In this document: positions 1 through 7,995 of the stretch, one piece after another
Layout: each line of letters opens with the position of its first letter
Numbering within the stretch: the stretch's first letter is position 1
The notes under the pieces: model-generated
Database searches by the model: none
Told to the model about the DNA's origin: nothing
Seen by the model: the letters and a program-made list of their open reading frames with translations, nothing else
Made by a program: the position numbers and the translations under genes
Origin: an uncultured Collinsella sp.
GTDB taxonomy: Bacteria; Actinomycetota; Coriobacteriia; Coriobacteriales; Coriobacteriaceae
NCBI GenBank assembly: GCA_958407995.1
Contig: CATYJU010000007.1
Span: forward strand, 1,005 to 65,004
Direction of reading: 5' to 3'
Length of the DNA stretch: 64,000 nt

Positions 1-712
1 CGCTCACAGTATCGATGCGCTGCAGCACGATATCGTCCTCGCCCGCGTTCTTATCGACCACGTTGTTCTGCGCCAAGAAAATCATCCACGGCGCGATGGT
101 GGTACCGATCGTTGCGACCACGAGCGACACGTAGCTGGGGTCATTTTGAATGTTAGGCACGACCAGGTCGACCGCGACCTCACCCCAGTTGGGGCCAGCC
201 ATGAACGCGGCGACAATATAGGTCACGAACACGCAGCTCACCAGCAGCAGAATCTTCTCGATGCGCTGGAAACTACCCGACATGGTAAGCATCCACACCA
301 GCAGCGCCACCAACGGCACCGAGATGCTCGCCGGCACGCCAAAGAGGGCAAGGCCGCTCGCAATACCCGCAAACTCCGAAATGGTCACGGCTGTGTTGGC
401 GATCAACAGCGCCGCCATAGCAAGTACACTCTTGCGCACGCCAAAGCGCTCGCGAATGAGCGATGCCAGGCCCTTGCCCGTGACGCAGCCGCAGCGCGCC
501 GCGGTCTCCTGCGTCACGATGAGCAGCACAGTCATGACGGGAAGCATCCAGAGCATCTTGTAGCCATAGCTGGCGCCCGCGCTGGAATACGTTGCAATGC
601 CGCCGGCGTCATTGCCCGAAAGCGCCGCCAGCAGACCGGGACCCATAGCGCCAAAGATGGCCGCGATGGTCAACTTTTGCTTGGTGCCCGACTTTTGCTT
701 GGTATTTTGCAC
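1..712 (-). CDS. NRAMP/SLC11-family cation transporter, N-terminal ~237 codons (the gene runs off the window start). Binding-site residues look like the NRAMP-related Mg2+ transporter (NRMT) subtype.
   Basis: It is absent from the ORF track because the window edge truncates it. My reverse-strand translation from GTG 712 (AGGTGG at 717-722) reads VQNTKQKSGTKQKLTIAAIFGAMGPGLLAALSGNDAGGIATYSSAGASYGYKMLWMLPVM...VVATIGTTIAPWMIFLAQNNVVDK. This has the typical NRAMP TM1 and TM6 layout. Confidence 0.75.
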   Translation of the reverse strand, partial: MQNTKQKSGTKQKLTIAAIFGAMGPGLLAALSGNDAGGIATYSSAGASYGYKMLWMLPVMTVLLIVTQETAARCGCVTGKGLASLIRERFGVRKSVLAMAALLIANTAVTISEFAGIASGLALFGVPASISVPLVALLVWMLTMSGSFQRIEKILLLVSCVFVTYIVAAFMAGPNWGEVAVDLVVPNIQNDPSYVSLVVATIGTTIAPWMIFLAQNNVVDKNAGEDDIVLQRIDTVS

Positions 713-720
713 GCGACCAC

Positions 721-2565
721 CTAACCAATGACCGACATGGTGAGCAGCACCGCAGCGGCGCAGTACGCTACGCACGAGATCATGACGGCAATAACGTTCA
801 TGGCGGTGCCCGACGTGTTGAGGTCATGCTCGTCACGCCAGAACAGCACCATCAGGTAAATCACGGCGCTCATGTTGCCAACCAGGCAAATGATGGCAGC
901 GATATTAAAGGACCCGGTAAAGAGTTGCTCCTCAAACATGGGCGCATCGGGGAACGCGGCGGTGCGCACCAGCTGGGCGCACAGGTAGGTCACGAGTGAC
1001 AGAATCAGGCCCATGCCCGTGCTCTGGAAGAAGAACCCCAGATACGGCTTGGGCTCGTCGTCGTGACCGTCGTACTCGAGGAAGTAGTTCTTGACGAACG
1101 ACACCATGCGCGAGGCCGCCAGCAGCACGAGCGGCATGGCGCACATGGGGAACACCACCAGATGCGCGGAGCCCAGCGCCGTCCCCAGCACCGTCGCCAT
1201 AATGCACGAGGCGATGCCCCACACGACGACCCAGTACTGACGATGCACGAACCAGCTGAGCACGTTCGTCGAGTCGTCCGACGCGCTATCGCCCGAGCCG
1301 ACACCGGCGATCTGCAGGTCCTCCTGATGCTCCTCGGCGATAACGTCCATGGCGTCGTCGAAGGTCACGATGCCCAGGATATGACGGTTCTCGTCGCAGA
1401 CAGGGATGGCAACCAGGTCGTACTTGGTCATCTCGTCCGTCACGTCTTCCTGGTCCTCGTCGGGCGACACGTAGACCAGGTCGCGATAGGCGAGCTGGCC
1501 CAGCGTGGCATCGCGGTCGGCCACGATCAACGTGCGCAGCGAGAGCACGCCGGTGAGCATGCCGCTCGGATCCTCGGTATAGACGTAATAGACACTCTCG
1601 AAGTCCTCATCGAGTTTGCGAATCGCCTCGATGGCATCGCCGACCGTCGCCGTGGCGGGCAGCGAGACAAACTCCGAGGTCATGATGCGGCCGGCGGTGT
1701 TGTCCTCATAGCCCAGCAGGTTACGAATCGCCTTCTCCTCCTTGACGCCCATCAGGCGCAGGAGCTTCTCGGCCTTCTCGTAATCGAGCTCGTCGATCAG
1801 GTCGGCGGCGTCGTCCGGGTCCATCATGGCCAGCATCGACGATGCGTCCGTATCGGACAGGCCCTCGAGCATCTCGGTCATGAGCTCGTCATCATCGAAC
1901 TCCGAGATGGCCTCGGCGGCCTGGGCAGTATCGAGCTGCGCAAACACCTGCGCACGTAGGCGCGGGTCGAGCTGCTCGATAATGTCGGCGATGTCGGCAG
2001 GATGCAGCTCGCCAAGCGTCTTGTGCGACACCGAGAGTTGAATGTTCTTGGTCGAACGATCGAGCAGGTCCATGTAGGACCAAGCGATGATGTCCTCACT
2101 GAGCGGCTTGCCCAGGTGCTTCATAAAGCCCTCGACGATATGCTCGAGTGCGGGGCTGATCGCGCGTAGCAGACCGCGGGCGCCCACTTCGGCGCCCAGC
2201 AGGCGCAGCTGATTTTCGCCCGACATGGAAAACTTGATGTCGTTTACGCGCACGACCTTCATGCCCTGCGTGTCGACAATCTGCTTGTTGAGCACGTCGC
2301 GGGCAAGCAAGAGTTCGGTCGGCTGCAGGTACGAAAAACGGATTTCGGTGGCCGACGTCTTAAGGTGTACACCCGTCTCGTCGATACGGTCGACCCATTT
2401 GCGCCAGCTGATCATAAACGGCGTCTTGCCGGGACCGCGGAACGCGAGCGACGTCACGTGTGGAAAAACTTCGCCGGTAGCAATACCAAAATCGTTGACC
2501 ACGCCGAGCTTTTCGCCATCGACGTCCAAGACCGGCAATTTGAGCATCTCACTCAGATAATTCAA
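721..2565 (-). CDS. Membrane protein with a PRC-barrel-like N-terminus, an MgtE N-terminal domain, a CBS pair and a C-terminal multi-TM region that does not look like the canonical MgtE channel.
   Basis: 614-aa ORF with a TTG start and GGGGAG 5 nt upstream. It has an acidic MgtE_N-type helical region (HPADIADIIEQLDPRLRAQVFAQLD...DPDDAADLIDELD). The CBS pair reads AGRIMTSEFVSLPATATVGDAIEAIR...YYVYTEDPSGMLTGVLSLRTLI...VAIPVCDENRHILGIVTFDDAMDVI. There are 4-5 hydrophobic segments at the C-terminus. Confidence 0.8.
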   Translation of the reverse strand: MNYLSEMLKLPVLDVDGEKLGVVNDFGIATGEVFPHVTSLAFRGPGKTPFMISWRKWVDRIDETGVHLKTSATEIRFSYLQPTELLLARDVLNKQIVDTQGMKVVRVNDIKFSMSGENQLRLLGAEVGARGLLRAISPALEHIVEGFMKHLGKPLSEDIIAWSYMDLLDRSTKNIQLSVSHKTLGELHPADIADIIEQLDPRLRAQVFAQLDTAQAAEAISEFDDDELMTEMLEGLSDTDASSMLAMMDPDDAADLIDELDYEKAEKLLRLMGVKEEKAIRNLLGYEDNTAGRIMTSEFVSLPATATVGDAIEAIRKLDEDFESVYYVYTEDPSGMLTGVLSLRTLIVADRDATLGQLAYRDLVYVSPDEDQEDVTDEMTKYDLVAIPVCDENRHILGIVTFDDAMDVIAEEHQEDLQIAGVGSGDSASDDSTNVLSWFVHRQYWVVVWGIASCIMATVLGTALGSAHLVVFPMCAMPLVLLAASRMVSFVKNYFLEYDGHDDEPKPYLGFFFQSTGMGLILSLVTYLCAQLVRTAAFPDAPMFEEQLFTGSFNIAAIICLVGNMSAVIYLMVLFWRDEHDLNTSGTAMNVIAVMISCVAYCAAAVLLTMSVIG

Positions 2566-2856
2566 TGGTGCTCCCCATCATTATTCCTCCGAACGCGGCC
2601 GCGCGTGCGGCGTCCGGGGGCTTCTGGATATGTATACGCATGCGCGGGCGGCACGCCGCTCGACGCTTACACCCCGTGCATGCGCAAAAAGCACCTGCAT
2701 GGGGTCATCGACTGTATGGTCGAGGTTTGGATTTCACCTGTAACCTTTCTCTTGACCCTCATTAACCGCAGTAACTATAGCATCAGCATCGCCCTGCGGC
2801 ATCGAATTTATGCGCTGCACATTGCAGGCATACCAAACACTGACGCATCCGTGACA

Positions 2857-2896
2857 TAGTCATTGGGGACGTTCTTAAATGACTACCCAATGACTA
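2857..2896. repeat. Family A small palindromic repeat (TAGTCATTGGGGACGTTCTTAAATGACTA) plus an adjacent partial inverted copy (CCCAATGACTA).
   Basis: The 8-bp arms TAGTCATT/AATGACTA flank a 13-nt loop. The same unit recurs at 11252, 14761-14940 and 63184-63251. Confidence 0.85.
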
Positions 2897-4300
2897 CTCC
2901 GTGGTGTCGTCGTCCTCGGCAAGCTGGGGGAACACGGCGTCCTTGGGCATGGTGACCTTCGTCGGCGAGGTGAGCTTTTTGCTCAGCGACGTGTCCGTCT
3001 TGACCAGGTCGCTGAGCGTCACGATCTTGTAGCCGTCGGCGACAAGGCCATCGATAATCTGCGGCAGCGCCTCGAGCGTCTGCTCGGCGCATTCGTCTCT
3101 ATCGGTGAGCAGCACGATATTGCCCGGCGCCACCGAATCGAGCACCGTCGAGACCTGCTCGTCGGCACCGTTGAGCAGCCAGTCGCCCGAGTCAATATTC
3201 CACGAGACCACGGCGGAGACCAGGTCCATCGCATCAATCCAGTTTTGCTCGTCAAAGGCAGCGTAGGGAGCACGCAGCAGCATCGTCTTCACGCCGGTCG
3301 CCGACTTAATCGCATCGGTGCCTTTCGTGATCTGTTCGCGTACCGCCTCACGGTCCTGACCCTTGAGCGAATCGTCGCTGTAGCTGTTGGATCCGATCTC
3401 GCACCCGGCGTCGACAATCGCCTTGGCCGTGGCAGGCGAGGCCTCGGCCGCATCGCCCGAAAGGAAGAACGTCGCGGTGACGCCCTTTTCCTTGAGCACC
3501 TGCAAGATCTGTTTGGTGGCGCCGCTCGGACCCTCGTCAAACGTCAGTGCCACGTACTTTTTGTTGCCCTTGGGCGCCACGCTGGCGCACGCAACAACGC
3601 AATCGGTGGCGGGCACAACCTCGCCGCGGTCTTGCGTCTTGCCTGACTGCTCACCAACCCACACCTCGGATCGGCCCTGGACACCCCATGTCTGCACATA
3701 CTCGATAGCGCCCGTGCCCTCGACCTTGAGCTTGGGCTCGATAACCGTAGCCTGAACCTCGTGCTTCTCGTAAGTGTTACGGCCATCCTTGACCGTCACC
3801 TTCTCGCCGCCCTCGAGTTCGCGGCTATCCCATTTGCCCTGCTTCACGCGCTTGCCGTCGACCTTCACCGACAGCTTTTCGCCCCCATGGCGCTTGAGCA
3901 CGCTGTCATCGACGGCCAGCAGGTCGCCTGCGTCGTAGGTGTCAGTCAACTCCTGGTCGTCGATGAGGTTTTGTAGCGTAGAGCCCACGCGCACCGCGGT
4001 CTTCTGGCCGTTGAGCTCCACGTCCACGCTGCGGTTGACGTAGCCCACGACGGCAGCGATAAACAGCACGAGCGCGCAACCCACGGCGATGAGCGCGTAG
4101 GGCAGGCGAGACGAACGACGGGGCGTACGGCTGTTGCCGATGCGCGCACTGCGATCGCTAAACCCACGGCTATGGTTGAGGTACATCGCGCCGGGCTTAC
4201 GGTGACGCTTGCGCTGACCGCTGGGCAGCTGCCCCAGATCGCGGCGCGCCGTCGGACGCGCACCCGAACGCCCGTTTAAGTTGGATCCGTTTTGGCGCAT
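2894..4300 (-). CDS. Membrane-anchored polysaccharide deacetylase (NodB/CE4 domain) with a beta-rich extracytoplasmic linker region.
   Basis: 468 aa with a strong RBS (GGGGGAGGG) before ATG 4300. It has a basic N-terminus followed by a TM segment (LPYALIAVGCALVLFIAAVVGYV). The NodB motifs are YVALTFDEGPS and ATFFLSGD. Confidence 0.8.
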   Translation of the reverse strand: MRQNGSNLNGRSGARPTARRDLGQLPSGQRKRHRKPGAMYLNHSRGFSDRSARIGNSRTPRRSSRLPYALIAVGCALVLFIAAVVGYVNRSVDVELNGQKTAVRVGSTLQNLIDDQELTDTYDAGDLLAVDDSVLKRHGGEKLSVKVDGKRVKQGKWDSRELEGGEKVTVKDGRNTYEKHEVQATVIEPKLKVEGTGAIEYVQTWGVQGRSEVWVGEQSGKTQDRGEVVPATDCVVACASVAPKGNKKYVALTFDEGPSGATKQILQVLKEKGVTATFFLSGDAAEASPATAKAIVDAGCEIGSNSYSDDSLKGQDREAVREQITKGTDAIKSATGVKTMLLRAPYAAFDEQNWIDAMDLVSAVVSWNIDSGDWLLNGADEQVSTVLDSVAPGNIVLLTDRDECAEQTLEALPQIIDGLVADGYKIVTLSDLVKTDTSLSKKLTSPTKVTMPKDAVFPQLAEDDDTTE

Positions 4301-4372
4301 GTGCCCTCCCCCATAAACACAGCAAGCCGGAGCAACAGGTCTCCGGCTTGCCTCCCATCATTTGGTACGTCG

Positions 4373-5128
4373 CTATTTTGTAGCTTTTGACGAGCCTCCG
4401 CTCGCCTTTTGGTATTCGTCCTTAAAGGCCTTGAACATGCCGCGCGTCTTGCCGAGCTGCTTGCCCAGTGCGCGACTGCCCTTGTCCACGGCAACCGATC
4501 CCTTGTCGTCGAGCACCTTGGCGCCCTTTTTGACCTTGTCGCCCACCACGACGCTGGCCTCGGCGGCCTTGGCAGCCGCACCGCCCGAATACCCGAGCGA
4601 CTTGACCTCGTCCGAGACGACCATCGCGCCGTTCTCGTAGCCGCGCAGCATCGTCGGCGGCACCTGCGTGTCACCAACCAAAATACTCGAAGCAGCACCG
4701 GCGGTCACATAGAATGCCTGCACGATGCCCGAGCGTGGCTTGAACTCAACGTCCGAGCAATAGCCCACGACGTCGCCCGATTCCGTGCGCACGTCCATAC
4801 CGACCCAGATGATGCAATCGTCCAGGTTGATGTCGAGGCGCTTGGCAGCGGCGGCATCGTACGTGTCCTTGACGTCATCGACCGCAATGGCGCCCTCGTA
4901 GACACCAATGGCGTCGAGCGCTACGAATCGGTCGGGACGCTCGATCATGCCCGCGATATCGGACTGGCGGACCATAAAGCCGACCACGCGCGTACCGCCC
5001 GGGGTAAAGACCGGAAAGTGAATCTTTCCGAGCTTTTTAGGGCTGCGCGGCGTGCCGTCCTTTTTGGTGCGCTTGTCCTCGGTAGGCTTGCGATAGATCT
5101 TGGCGCCGACAAAATCCCCGGCGCGCAT
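4373..5128 (-). CDS. PRC-barrel domain protein (two PRC-like repeats) with a Lys/Gly/Ala-rich tail.
   Basis: 251 aa. PRC-like segments are GTRVVGFMVRQSD...FVALDAIGVYEGAIAV and GMDVRTESGDVVGYCSDVEFKPRSGIVQAFYV. The start overlaps the upstream stop (TAATG). Confidence 0.6.
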   Translation of the reverse strand: MRAGDFVGAKIYRKPTEDKRTKKDGTPRSPKKLGKIHFPVFTPGGTRVVGFMVRQSDIAGMIERPDRFVALDAIGVYEGAIAVDDVKDTYDAAAAKRLDINLDDCIIWVGMDVRTESGDVVGYCSDVEFKPRSGIVQAFYVTAGAASSILVGDTQVPPTMLRGYENGAMVVSDEVKSLGYSGGAAAKAAEASVVVGDKVKKGAKVLDDKGSVAVDKGSRALGKQLGKTRGMFKAFKDEYQKASGGSSKATK

Positions 5129-5517
5129 TATGCCTCGGTCGAGGGCTCCGCAGCCTCGGTATCAGCCTCGACGGCGTTCTCGACCACGACGTCGGCGGCA
5201 GGCGTCACGTTGCCGCCCGAAATGGCGTCGTTGAGCTGCTCGCGCAGCTGGTCCATGCGCTCGCGGGCCAGGTCGACCTTGGCGCGCAGGTCGTCGGTCT
5301 TGGCGTCGACCATCGGGCCAAAGTCATTCACCGCAGCACGGGCCTCCTCGGCGCTGTGCTCGTAGGTGTCGCGCATATTGTCCCAGGCGTCGTTGGCGAT
5401 ATCGGCAGCCATGGCGCGGGTCTCGGCGCCCGAGCGCGGGGCCAGAGCAACGCCGACAATAGCGCCGGCAGCGGCACCAAAAAGTGCGCCGGAGACAAAG
5501 CTGAAAGTCTTACCCAT
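5128..5517 (-). CDS. YtxH-domain general-stress-like protein.
   Basis: I chose the ATG at 5517 because GGAGAGG lies 7 nt upstream. The N-terminal helix reads GKTFSFVSGALFGAAAGAIVGVALAPRSGAETR and is followed by a coiled, acidic region. The track ORF extends to 5589. Confidence 0.7.
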   Translation of the reverse strand: MGKTFSFVSGALFGAAAGAIVGVALAPRSGAETRAMAADIANDAWDNMRDTYEHSAEEARAAVNDFGPMVDAKTDDLRAKVDLARERMDQLREQLNDAISGGNVTPAADVVVENAVEADTEAAEPSTEA

Positions 5518-5653
5518 GATCATTCCTCTCCTGCGGGCACGTCGGTGCCCACCGTTTGAATGCTGTCCATTATACCCGCAGCGCATCACTTGCCGCTCCG
5601 CTCATCTGCGTACGGCAAAGGCGCAGGTACGTGATGGTGATAAACGTGTAGGC

Positions 5654-6487
5654 CTACTCCTGAGGCATAGCCGGCATGGCCACCGTGGCACCCGGGTCCT
5701 CGCCGGCGCCGTCCACGAGCGGCAGGCCGCCCTCATGCGCAGGCCCTGCCGGAACCGTCGCCGCACCGCCAAAGACGGCAGCGGAGGCCTCGTGGTTCTC
5801 GGCAACCGCGCCCTCGGTATCAATCGCCACCTGGGGCTCGTCGTCAAAGTTGGGGACGCCCTGGGGCTCGGTGGGAACGGGCTCGGCGGTCGCATCGGCA
5901 ACGGGCTCGGTGTCGGCCGGCGCATCGCCCTCGTCAGCGCCCTCGTCCTCGGCAGCATCTTCGCCGTTCGCAGCGGCGACGGCCTCGTGAGGATCCTTGC
6001 CCTCGGCCTCGGCGCGCATGCCCAGCACCAGGTTGCGCAGGCCCGCGACCGTGCCTTCCACGTCAGGGGCAGGCTGGTCGGCGTGCAGGTACGCCCAATC
6101 CATCATAAAGGTCGCCGACGACAGCGCGCCGATGGCCAACGCGTCATCGGGACACGAAAGCTCAACCTCAAAGACACGCTCGTCATGCTCGCTCACGCGC
6201 GTGCGACCGCACGAAATGCTGCCGGCAAGACCGGTCTCGTTCATGAGCTCGACCGTCACGTGCTCCAGCAGGTGGCAGAGCTCGGTCTGGCCCATGCAGT
6301 CCTGGAACTCGCGACCGGAATCGCCCAGGCACAGATGCTTGGCAATCGCGGGCACCAGGTAGTACACGCGCGCCGTGGCCTCGATATCCTCCGAGGTCAT
6401 GAGCGGCATACCGGGGTTCACCAGCACGTGCGCGCAAATCTTGTCCTCGCTGACGGTGACCTTAAGGATGTTGAACAGGCCTGCCAT
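5654..6487 (-). CDS. Hypothetical protein with a globular N-terminal ~160 aa and an acidic Ala/Glu/Asp/Pro-rich tail.
   Basis: 277-aa ORF with protein-like composition. The segment HLCLGDSGREFQDCMGQTELCHLLEHVTVELMNETG vaguely resembles the cyanophycin-synthetase N-terminal-like fold; that resemblance is tentative. Confidence 0.55.
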   Translation of the reverse strand: MAGLFNILKVTVSEDKICAHVLVNPGMPLMTSEDIEATARVYYLVPAIAKHLCLGDSGREFQDCMGQTELCHLLEHVTVELMNETGLAGSISCGRTRVSEHDERVFEVELSCPDDALAIGALSSATFMMDWAYLHADQPAPDVEGTVAGLRNLVLGMRAEAEGKDPHEAVAAANGEDAAEDEGADEGDAPADTEPVADATAEPVPTEPQGVPNFDDEPQVAIDTEGAVAENHEASAAVFGGAATVPAGPAHEGGLPLVDGAGEDPGATVAMPAMPQE

Positions 6488-6511
6488 AACTCTCCCCTAC
6501 TCGTCCTTGCC

Positions 6512-7885
6512 CTACTCGTCGCCATCGTGCGGATCCACAGAGCCCGCACCCGACGCCGCCGGCTTCTCTGCCGAAGACTCGGAATCCTTCTTATCGGTTT
6601 CGGCCGGAGCGATCACGCGAATGAGCGAGATGCGCTGGCCACGCATCGACTGTACCTTGAACTTGTACCCTGCGACCTCAAACACCTCTCCGATGTCGGG
6701 CACCGAGTCGCAAAGCTCCAAAATCCAGCCGGCGATGGTCTCATAATCATCGCTTTCCTCGAGCGGCCAACCAAGCTCAATCGCGTCATCGCACGAAAAA
6801 CGCCCATCGACGAGCCACTCGCGACGCGAAAGACGCGTGAGGTACTTGTTGTCGGGGTCGAACTCGTCCTCGATTTCGCCGACGATCTCCTCGACGATGT
6901 CCTCGATGGTGATGATGCCGGCCGTGCCGCCGTACTCGTCCACGACGACCACGATCTGGTCGTGCGAGGTCTGCATCTCGGACAGCAGCGGCAGGATGTC
7001 CTTGGTATCGGGCACAAAGGTGGCGTCGCGCAAAAAGCCGGCGATGGGCTGGTCGCCCTTGCCGTCGAGCGCGGGCTGGATCAGGTCCTTGATGTGCGCA
7101 ATGCCCGCGACATTGTCGGGGTCCTCGTGATAGACGGGGATGCGGCTGAAGCCGGTCTGGCGCATGGTGGACAGCACGTCGGCGACCGTCTCGTCGTCCT
7201 CGCACATGGTGGTGTCCACGCGCGGGACCATGACCTCGCGGGCAACAGTGTCGCCCAGGTCGAAGATCTCGTGGATCATGCGCTTTTCCTCGTCGAGCAG
7301 GTCGTCCTGCTCCGAGACCATGTACTTGATCTCTTCCTCCGAGACGTTTTGGCGGTCGTCGGCGCTCTTGATGCGCAGGATGCGGGCCAGGCCATCGGAG
7401 CAGGCGCCGGTCAGCCACACGAGCGGGCGGGCGATCTTTTGGAACACGGAGAGCGGCCCCACAACCTGCTTGGATACGCCCTCGGCGTTAGCGAGGCCGA
7501 TGCGCTTGGGCACGAGCTCGCCGATCACGATGGACACAAAGGCGACGGCGACGGTGATGATGACCGGCGCCAGGCCGCGCGCGATGGCGGAAAGCGGCGC
7601 GATGCCAAAGCTTATGAGCCACGTGGCAAGCGGGTCGGACAGGCTCGTCGAGGCGACGGCGGACGAGGCGAAGCCCACGAGCGTGATGGCGACCTGGATG
7701 GTGGCGAGCAGCTGGTCGGAGTCGGCGGCCAGCTTAATGGCACGCTCGGCGCGCTTGTCGCCTTCCTCGGCCTCATGCTCCAGCACGGCGCGCTTGGCCG
7801 TGGTGAGCGCCATCTCGGACATAGAGAAGTAGCCGTTGATGAGGGTCAAAACGAGGGTAGTGATAAGGGAGATGGTTATGTCCAT
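6512..7885 (-). CDS. CNNM/CorB-family putative Mg2+/Co2+ efflux protein (DUF21 TM domain, CBS pair and CorC_HlyC domain); 'hemolysin family protein'.
   Basis: 457 aa. The DUF21 start reads LINGYFSMSEMAL. The CBS pair reads VAREVMVPRVD...GFSRIPVY and HDQIVVVVDEYGGTAGIITIEDIVEEIVGEIEDEFD. The CorC_HlyC tail reads WLVDGRFS...GYKFKVQSMRGQRISLIRV. Confidence 0.85.
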   Translation of the reverse strand: MDITISLITTLVLTLINGYFSMSEMALTTAKRAVLEHEAEEGDKRAERAIKLAADSDQLLATIQVAITLVGFASSAVASTSLSDPLATWLISFGIAPLSAIARGLAPVIITVAVAFVSIVIGELVPKRIGLANAEGVSKQVVGPLSVFQKIARPLVWLTGACSDGLARILRIKSADDRQNVSEEEIKYMVSEQDDLLDEEKRMIHEIFDLGDTVAREVMVPRVDTTMCEDDETVADVLSTMRQTGFSRIPVYHEDPDNVAGIAHIKDLIQPALDGKGDQPIAGFLRDATFVPDTKDILPLLSEMQTSHDQIVVVVDEYGGTAGIITIEDIVEEIVGEIEDEFDPDNKYLTRLSRREWLVDGRFSCDDAIELGWPLEESDDYETIAGWILELCDSVPDIGEVFEVAGYKFKVQSMRGQRISLIRVIAPAETDKKDSESSAEKPAASGAGSVDPHDGDE

Positions 7886-7995
7886 CGGGAGTTTCTCGAA
7901 CCTCCAAGATTCGGGACGTCAGGTCAAAACGTTGATGACGGATACGGCAATTGCACCGGCGCCCAAACGAGGACGCGGGCGCGCAGGCGCGGTCG

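Noticed and set aside
2566-2856. A possible M-box (ykoK) Mg2+ riboswitch upstream of the MgtE_N/CBS gene.
   Set aside because: Only short similarities to my memory of the M-box consensus are present (GGTTACAGGTGA, CCATACAGT). They are ~20 nt apart instead of being separated by the multi-helix core. This is kept only as a generic structured-leader finding pending an Infernal scan.
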